Positions 1 to 9,400 of a stretch of DNA of 32,000 nucleotides are shown piece by piece. The DNA comes from Nitrososphaera viennensis EN76 (lineage in GTDB: Archaea; Thermoproteota; Nitrososphaeria; Nitrososphaerales; Nitrososphaeraceae): contig NZ_CP007536.1 of NCBI RefSeq assembly GCF_000698785.1, forward strand, positions 90,001-122,000. The letters run 5' to 3'. The translations under genes and the position numbers were made by a program. The notes beneath the pieces are model-generated. The model made no database searches. It was given only the letters and a program-made list of their open reading frames with translations, and was not told the origin of the DNA. Within the stretch, counting starts at the first letter, position 1. Every line of letters starts with the position of its first letter.

Positions 1-1
1 A

Positions 2-3000
2 ACTTGGGCTGTTGGTACCATAAATTGGGTTAGGCTCGTCCCTGACCCACGTAGTACTTCAAACGCGATATTTCTAGCAGGCTCAGGATCTTCTAACGAC
101 CTTGATTCTGCATACTGGAGCGGAAGCGCATGGACCGATCACGCTGAGCACGATGCGGGAATCTCTGGTAACGCAGCACGCGTCTTTGACTTTGCATGGG
201 ATGGCAGCAGCTCTAACGGCGTACTTGCGTGGTCCACGGCTTCAAACAGCATATCATTTACAAGAGGAGATCCGTCGTCTGGAACATTCGGCACCGATGG
301 CACATTCACCGTAGATGCAGACGCTTCTACTACTTCGTGGATTAGACTTGCCTCCAATCCAACTACTGCTGATACAGTTGCAGCCTTGGGTCTTGAAGAC
401 GATGGCAATAGTGACATTGGTGGCATCCGGTGGGACGGAAGTACAAATGCTCCTGTTTCAACTGGAACCGATGACATTTCGACTACTTCGACCAATAACA
501 GTTGGGAGCCATTCAGCATAGACTTTCAAAAGGTGGTAGCAATAGCAACAAAGAACATTTCAGATACCATTGCGACAAGCCCTAGCATCGTCGCGGCCAA
601 GTTCAAGGTAGCATCCATACCCCAAACCATAACAATAACTCCAACAATAGTCAAGAAAGTCACGCGCTCGCTTCCAAACACAGTAACAGTAAGTGATTCT
701 ATTGCAAGGTCGGTCACCGTAACGCCTGACACCACCCCGGCGGCCATGGCTTACAGGTCTGACGACGGAACCAACGGAAGCAGCTCGCCCAAGTACAGAG
801 AGTGGAACCCGACGACAAAGACGTGGGGCTCGCAGGTAGAGCTTGAAAGCGCGGGCAGCCCCATACGCAACGCCTGGATAGAGTTCAGCCCTGTGTCGAC
901 CAAGCGCGTGATAATCGTGCTGAGCGAAGACGGCACGCTAGACTCGTACGCCTGCGACTTTGGCTGCACCATTCCGAGCAGCTGGACAGTCACGCACGAC
1001 ATCGTGGACCTGTGGAACGTCGTCACGCCTGCCGCGCAAAAGCGCCCGTTTGACATCGAGTTTGAAAAGACAAGCGGCGACCTGATGCTAGTTTATGACA
1101 AGGAGGACGGAGGCGACCCTGCCACCGACCTGTTCTACAGGATAATGCCCGACTCTAGCCACACGTTTGGAAGCGAGAGCGTCATTGACGACACTGACAC
1201 TGCCGCTCCTGACAACGTGTACAGTTTCATCCGCCTCGACTCTAGGAGGACCCCCGGCTCTAACGACCTTGGCTTGGTGGCAGAATCAGAGACCAACCAC
1301 CGCGCAGTGGCCTGGTACTGGAACGGCTCCACTGACACGTTTGGCAACATGATCACACTCACGACATCTGTTTCCACCGACGTCGACTATGAGGGAGTCG
1401 GCATAGGCTTTGAAACAAGCACAGGCGACCTCGTCGCTGTGGCCGCGGAAGGCGCAAACGTGGTGTACGCGCAGTTCAGCGGCGGCTCGTGGAGTACGCC
1501 GGCAAACGTCGGGACGCTCAACGTGAGCACTGTAAGGTGGGTGCGGTTTGTGCCAAACCCCAACGCCGGCACTGACGGCATACAGCTTGTCGTGAGCGGC
1601 TACACCGGCAGCGCGCACCAGCTCAACAGCGCGTACTGGAACGCAACAGGATGGAAGATTCACGCCGGCGAGACCCGGCACGACGCCTCAATCGACGATT
1701 CTGCGACCAGAGTGTTTGACTTTGCATGGGACAACGCCGGCGACGCGACTAGGGGCATACTGGTGTGGGGAAACGGCAACAACAACATGGTGTTCAAGAG
1801 GTACACTGTGCCTGACACGTGGACAACGATAGACTTTGGCGCCGGCGCCATCAGCGACGACGGCACGCACCCGTGGGTCTCGCTCAACGAGCACGGCAAC
1901 CCGATATCTGCCGACGCGGTGTCAGTGCTCGGAGCCGCGATCGACAACGGCGCAGACATAGGTCAGCTCCGCTGGGATGGAAGTGCCAGCAGTGTGGCTT
2001 CATGGACCGACGACGGCGCCACCGCCGTTGGCAACACTTCTTCTGAATCGTTCCACGTCGATTTCAGGAGGTCGCCTGTGCTGAAAAAGTTCCCGTCAAT
2101 AGCGCTCACCGTGGCAGACACGCTTGCCGCCAAGATAAAGACCAAGGTGTTCTCCGAGACGGTGACTTTCACTGTCTCGCTTGAAGCAGAAAAGGGCTCG
2201 CCGACCGACTCGGCTAGGTCTGCCGCAGTCTACCGCTCCAACACCGGAACTGCGCTTCTCAACTCGCCCAAGTACAGGGAGTGGAACCCGGCAACGCAGG
2301 CATGGAGCGCGGAGGTGGAGCTTGCCAACACCGGAAGCCCGGTCAGGGACGCGCTCATACGCTTCAGCCCCGACTCGTCGCTCCGGGTGGTGGTCAGCCA
2401 CAGCGACGACGGCACACTCAACCTGTTCAAGTGCGACAGTAGCTGCACCTCTGCCAGCAGCTGGACGCTTGTTGCGGCCGACTTTGCCGACACGGGCACG
2501 ACAAACTCTGCTAAGCCGTACAGGCCGTACGACATACTGTTCGAGACGACGGGCGAGCGGCTGGTAATAGTGTACGACAAGGAGCTGACCGAGGACGCAG
2601 ACTTTTACTACAGGACGTTTGACGGCACCACGCTTTCCGGAGAAACCGGAGTCAACCTTGGCGGGGCTGCCGATGCGGAGGAGCTTCGCTACCTGCACCT
2701 TGCGGCCCACCCGACAACGAACGAGATGACGGTGGCAATCCTCGACGCCACGAACTTGAGGTCGTACGGCGCAGTCTGGAGCGGCTCGGCGTGGGGCAAC
2801 GTGCAGACCGTCTCCTCGTCGCTTTCCATCGAGAACGCAGACGGCGACTCGGTCGACGTCGCGTACGAGACTCTTACCGGCGCGTCACTTGTATTCTCCG
2901 GCAACGGCGGCAACAGCGCGGCATACGCAAGGTGGACCGGAAGCTCGTGGACGACTGGCACGACAAACCCCAATCCTGGCGTGACGTCAGAGGACGTCAA

Positions 3001-3490
3001 GTTCGTCAGCCTGAAATCCGACCCGCTTTCATCGTCGAACAAGGTGATGGCCTGCCAGGGGGACGACGAAAGCGACCTTTCGTGCTCGCAGTTTGCGGCA
3101 GGCACGCCAGGCGCATGGACCTTGATAACAACCAACACCGGCACTGCCGCCGGCAGGGCGTTTGACTTTGCGTACAACCCCGCTGGCACGACCGGCCTGC
3201 TCGTGTCGTCGTCTGGAGCAAGCGGGACGCTTGACTACAGGGCGTTTAACGGCACCGGCTTTGGAAACGCGTCGACGCTGTCGGCCGCAGGCACGCACAA
3301 GTGGGTCCTCGGCGCGTCTGCGATTTCCGCGACGGACGTGGTCAACTCGATGTTCCTGAAATCAAATTCGAACTTTGACACCGGGGCGATAAGGTCCAAG
3401 GCCGGCACGACCGCCCTGATAGGCGACGCCTCGCTCACAGGCGATTCCGGCAACGACACGTACGAGAGCATGCACATCGACTTTCAAAAG
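2..3490 (+). repeat. Tandem ~430-aa protein modules (A partial 2-529; B 740-2074; C 2219-3490), each beta-propeller-like, separated by short linkers built from the 18-aa unit
   Basis: Collinear motifs recur in B and C: 'SPKYREWNP..W...VEL...GSP.R.A.I.FSP', 'DGTL....CD..C', 'FDFA(W/Y)', and a terminal '(H)(I/V)DF(Q/R)(K/R)'. Module A shows only its last third: 'RVFDFAWDG...IGGIRWDGS...FSIDFQK'. Confidence 0.85.
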
Positions 3491-6400
3491 TCCAAGAGGG
3501 TCAAGCGCGCATCGGCCGACACGATAACAGTCGCGCCGGCAGTCACAAGGGGCCTCGGCAAGAGCCTCTCTGACACCGTGACGATCGCGCCTGCCGTGTC
3601 AAAGGCAGTCGGAAAGCCGGTGAGCGACACAATCACCGTGTCGGCAGTAGCAGCAAAGAATCCGACAGTCACAATACCTCTCTCCATAACGGTAACCGAC
3701 TCGGTCAGGAAGAGGGTCACCCGTTCTGTCACAGACACTATAACGGTAGGCGACTCGATAACAAAGCACATAATCTACTCGCCGTCAGTAGCGCTGTCAA
3801 TCAACGACTCTGTCGCCAGGCACGTGAGCGCCACCCGGTCCGTCGCTGACACTGTGGCTATCGGAGTCTCTGCTGGTGGGGCGTACCACGCGTCGCGCCC
3901 TGTATCTGACACCCTGTCCGTGTCTCCTGATGTGGCCCGGGCCTACCACGCCACCAGATCCGCGTCGGTCTCGCTTTCCGTATCTGACGCCATAGCAAAG
4001 AGCATCACGAGATCCCTCTCTGACACGGTGACCGTAGCACCTTCCATCGGCAGGGCATATTCGCCATCGCGCTCGCTGTCTGACACGGTGACAGTGGCGC
4101 CAGAAGTGGCCAGGGCGTACCTCGCATCCCGGTCTATGGCAGAAACGCTTTCAGTGTCCGACGCGGTGGCAGGGACCAGCGCGTTTGCAAGGGAAATTGC
4201 AGACAGCGTTTCATTTGCGACCGCGGTTAGCAGCTCGGCCTCGCGCTCGCTGCCCAACACAATATCCATCACTGACTCTATCTCGCCCACCACAGGGCGT
4301 TCACTTGCAAACACCATATCGCTGGCAGACGCCATAACCACAAGAACGTCGCGCTCTGTATCTGACTCTGTCGCGGTGACAGACTCTATAGCAAGGAGGG
4401 CATCGCGCTCGCTCGCAGACTCGCTGTCTGCGACAGACTCTATTTCAAGAAGGGCGTCAAGGTCGGCGGCAGAAACAGTGTCGGTAACTGACGCCATAGC
4501 CACTACTGCAAAGCGCTCCCTCGCAGACACCCTGTCAGTTGCCGATGCCATATCGACTTCGGCCATCCGCGCTCTTGCCAACACTGTATCACTTACAGAC
4601 GCTATAAACACCAGGACATCCCGCTCCCTGTCTGATTCGATCAGCGTCGCCGAGACTTTGAGCGGCATCGCAGCCCGCCCGCTGTCTACCACGATAACCG
4701 TGACGGACGCGATCTCGATACTGAGCACAAGAAACATCTCTGACACGGTGACCGTGATGGCCGAGATCTTGCAGGAAGGCCGGCGCTCGGTTGACAGCAA
4801 CGTGTCGATTTCAGACTCTATCTCGACCAAGGTAAGCAGGACGCTCTCTGACTTGCTGTCCTTGGCTGACTCTGCCAAGCCAAACGTAAACCGCCGGCTC
4901 TTGACCTCGCTGACCGTCACAGACGCAATATCCCAAACGGTCTCCCGCTCCCTCGCAGACTCGCTGTCTCTTTCAGACGCCGTCTCTACGGCAGTGACGC
5001 GCTCGCTCTCTGACGCGCTGGACCTGACAGACGCAATCGCCAAGTCGGTTTCAAGATCAACGTCTGACTCGATAGGCATTGCGGACGCCATCTCGGCTAG
5101 GACATCGCGCTCGCTGTCCGACTCGATCGCAGTGACAGACTCGGTGGCGACAAGGACATCGCGCCCGGTATCTGATGCGCTTGCAGTGACAGACGCCGTC
5201 CGCACCTCTGTCAGCCGTTCAATATCTGACTCGCTTTCGGTCGATGCCGCTGTATCAACATCCGTTTCCCGCTTCCTGTCAGATTCGCTGTCAGTCACCG
5301 ATGCAATCGCCAAATCCGTCTCCCATTCGCTGTCTGACAGCATAGCCGTAGCAGACGCCATTGCCAAATCCGTCTCCCGCTCTGTCTCTGAAACAGTCGG
5401 CGTGACAGACGCAATAACAAGGTCGGCATCCCGCTCGCTATCTGACCCTGTTGTGCTTGCGGACGCAATAACAACTGCCGTCAGCCGCTCGATAGCCGAC
5501 ACGATACCTGTCACCGATGCTATCGTGCCCAACAGTCGCCGCTCCATGTCTGATACGCTGACACTTGCAGACTCGATAAGCCATACTGCATCTCGCTCTG
5601 TCTCTGAAACGCTGTCCCTCACGGATGCAGTCTCGACCACCGCGTCGCGCTCAATGGCAGATTCTGTCGCGGTGACAGACGCCATCGCCAAGTCCGTCTC
5701 GCGCTCTATTGCTGACTCGGTGACAGTCGCTGCGACGGCAAACAGCGGCCCGTCGCGCTCGTCCTCTGATAGCATATCACTGTCAGATGCAGTCTCTGTA
5801 AAGGTATCAAGGAGCATCTCTGACTCTGTGACCGTAATCTCAGAGATCCTGCAAGAGGGCAAGCGCTCGGCTGATGTCAGCATCGCTATTTCTGATGCCA
5901 TAACCATCGCTGTTTCCCGCTCGCTGGCGGACTCTGTATCGCTGGCTAGCAACATAACCACTGCTGTTTCCCGCTCGCTTTCTGATACCGTCACAGTGGC
6001 AGACTCTATCAGCCGCTCTGTTTCCCGCTCGCTGTCCGACTCGATCTCGGCAACGGATGCCATATCTACCACCGTCTCGCGCTCGCTTGCCGACTCTCTG
6101 TCAATTACGCCTGCGATCAACAGCACAACAAGCAGGTCTCTGGCGGACTCTGTGTCAATAGCTGACGCCATAATCACGTCAGCATCGCGCTCCCTGTCAG
6201 ACAACATCGCGCTCGCAGACAGCATATCGACCTCTGTCAGCCGCTCACTTGCAGACACGGTATCTGTTGCAGACGCAATCGCCAGAGCGGCTGCGGATTC
6301 AAGGTCCCCCTCCGACAGCATCGCGGCAACAGACGCCATAGCCACTACAGCCAGCAGGTCGATATCTGACGCCCTGTCGGTGACTGACGCCCTGTCTTCA

Positions 6401-9400
6401 AGAGCGATCCGCTCGCTGTCAGAAACGCTCTCTGTGACAGACATAGTCGCTTCTAGGACATCGCGCTCGCTGTCTGATGCGATAACCGTGGCAGATGCCA
6501 TCGCCAAGTCCGTCTCGCGCTCTATGTCTGAAACAGTCGGCATAACGGACGCGGTATCAACCTCTGCCTCGCGCTCGGCTTCCGACTCGGTCGCAGTGGC
6601 CGACAGCATATCCACGGCCACCAGCCGTTCGCTGCAGGATGCCCTGTCAATCACCGATGCCGCCTCGCCAACAGGCGTCCGCTCGCTGTCTGAAACAGTC
6701 GCGATAGCAGATTCTATCAGCCGCTCTGTTTCGCGCTCTATATCCGACACGCTCACGGTTGCAAGCGCAATCGTGCCGACCACGTCCAGCGGGCTTGCAG
6801 ATGCGCTAGCAATCACGGACGCAATCGGCAGGTCTATATCGCGTTCCATCGCCGACACGCTGACAGTCACCCCAAGCGCAAACAGCGGCGCAACACCTGC
6901 GGTATTTGACAGCGTGGCCGTTACAGCATCGGTATCTATCGGCGTGTCAAGGAGCATCTCTGACTCTGTGACCGTAATCTCAGAGATCTTGCAAGAAGGC
7001 GCCCGCACGGCTGACGTCAGCATTATAGTGGGAGACGCAATAACCACTAGGGTCTCGCGCTCTATATCGGATGCGCTGTCAGTCACGGCTGATGACATGC
7101 TGAAATCCATGTCGCGCTCGCCAAGCGACACGGTAACAGTGGCCGACGCAATCACCGGCAAGACAAGCCGCTCCCTATCTGACGCGCTATCGCTCGCTGA
7201 CGGCATATCCACCTCTACAAGCCGCTCCCTTGACGACGCAGTATCGATGACAGACTCCATCAGCCGCGCCGTCTCGCGCTCTATCGTAGACGCCCTGGCG
7301 CCAGCAGACTCTGTATCCACCGCGGTCACGCGCTCGCTTGCAGACTCTGTGGCAGTCGCCGACACCGCCTTGGGCAAGTCCGTCTTCCGCTCTGCATCTG
7401 ACACAATTGCCCTTGAGGACAAGATCAGCATGGCGGTGACAAGGTCGGTTACAGAGGCAGTTACCCTTGCAGACTCGGCAGTTCAGTCTACAGGCAGCAA
7501 GCTCTTTGACTCTGTAGCGGTTGGCGACCACATTTCGACGTCTGTGTCGCGTACAGTGTCCGAAGTGCTGTCGATGGCAGACGCCGCGTCCGAGTCGACG
7601 TCGCGCCCAGTCGCAGACGCGCTCTCTGTCACGGACGCCGTAAAGATATCGGTCGCCGGCGCAGTGTCTGATTCGGTGGCAGCCAGCGACGTCATAAAGA
7701 TGTCAGTCAGCCGCAGCGTCGCCGACTCTGCAACAGTTTCAGATGCAATGGCAACTTCCGGCGACAGGTCGCCGGCAGAAACCGTGTCCGTTACAGATGC
7801 AATATCAATGTCTGCAAGCCGGTCAGTCTCTGACGCACTGGCGGTTTCAGACAACGCTTCAAGGGCGCCTGCCCTGGCAGTCGCCGACACGCTTGCAGTG
7901 GCCGACGCCATCTCTACCAGCAACAGCTACTCTGTAACAGTCTCTGACACTGTGTCTGCGGCCGACTCGATGACAAGGGCGCTGGGGGCATCGAGGCTTG
8001 CAGGCGACGCGCTTGCAACAACAGACGCGATAGGCACGCCTGCCTCGCTTGCAAGGGCGATATCTGACACGCTGGCCGTTGCTGATGCCGCCCTGGCTGG
8101 AGGCTCGATCAACGTGCCGATATCTGACTTGCTGACAGTCTCTGACGCGATAGCAAAGGCGGGCTCCGGGCCGTTCAGCGATGCCGTGGCAGTGACCGAC
8201 GCGGTGTCGATAGGCATAAGCCGCTCGATAGAGGATGCGATGTCGATGGCTGACTCGGTGGTGCCTCCAGTCATGCGCGCCATGGGCGACGCAGTTGCAA
8301 TAGCCGACCAGGTGTCCGCGATGATGGGCACTGCGGTGTCAATAGCCGACTCGGTTGGCATCAACTCGCAGATAACAAACGTGTCGGTGCACTGGAACAG
8401 GGTCTTTGAAGAGGGAGTCAATCTGGCAGACTGCACGCCGTTCTCGTGCAACCAGTCGCTGCACTTTGATGAAGGCCTGAGCCTGGCCGACGACGACTTC
8501 TTTACCTCGCCGCCTGGCCGCGTACTGCCCGCAAGCATCGCAGTAACGGACAGCATAGGAGTCAACAGGCCCCAGACCTTCATATCGCTTGCCGACTCGG
8601 TGGAAGTGTCTCCGGCAGTCAAGCCGCTCCTGCCAATCCTCGTCAACAACCACGCGGACGACCATGGCAGGCCGCCGAACTTTTCCGTTCCAGGCAACTA
8701 CACCTGGGACGGGACCCCTGCATCCCTGAGGGATGCCCTGGAGCTTGAGCCGCTCTACTTCAACACGACGGTGAACCGGGACAACCTGCCAAACCAGATA
8801 ATAACGCTCCGGCTCTGGGACGTGGCAATAGTGCCTACTGCTAACCTGCCTGCAAACAACACGCTCATATCTGATCGCGCCGCAAACATCCCGGCAGGCG
8901 TGCCCGTGCAGGTGCGCGTCAACTTTATGGACACTCCGTCTCTGTCCAGGCACTCTGACTTTATCCGCTCGCTGGACGTGCAGTTCACTCCTGCCATGCT
9001 CACCACAGACTTTGGCCTGATAGTGACTCCTATGGATGCCCCGCCTGCAGGGGCAAGCGTGCCGCCAGAAGAGCTTAGGCCGCTGTACATCGACGTCCGG
9101 TGGTGGGGCAACGTCCCCGGCGGGTCCGATCCTAGCGTCCAGAGCTACTACCAGAACCCGCCCACGTTCACCTTCACGGTAACCGACGAGTGGGCAAGAT
9201 CAGAGTCTGCCGTGAGGGATGCAAACGGGGTGCCTCTCATAAAGCTCAGGCTGCTCAACGAGGCTACGAACCAGTGGGAGGAGATAAACACGGTACAGAG
9301 GCCCACATCGTCTGCAAATGACGGGACGTACACCTTTACTGCAACCCTGCCCCACTTCTCTGACTATGTGATAACTGCGGTCAAGAGTGCGACTTCAGGA

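Noticed and set aside
3943-7431. 1,162-aa antisense ORF inside the repeat array of the giant gene
   Set aside because: It is a shadow frame. The periodic GAC/TCN/GCN/ACN/GTN codon pattern of the sense strand leaves the complementary frame free of stops and equally periodic ('SASERETxVDMASVTD...'). It is confined to the repeats. Only the plus frame continues through the non-repetitive N- and C-terminal domains and the TM anchor.
3497-8370. Regular ~54-nt periodicity considered as a possible CRISPR array
   Set aside because: There is no alternation of conserved repeats with unique spacers. The whole unit is degenerate and in frame, and it encodes an 18-aa protein repeat within a continuous ORF.
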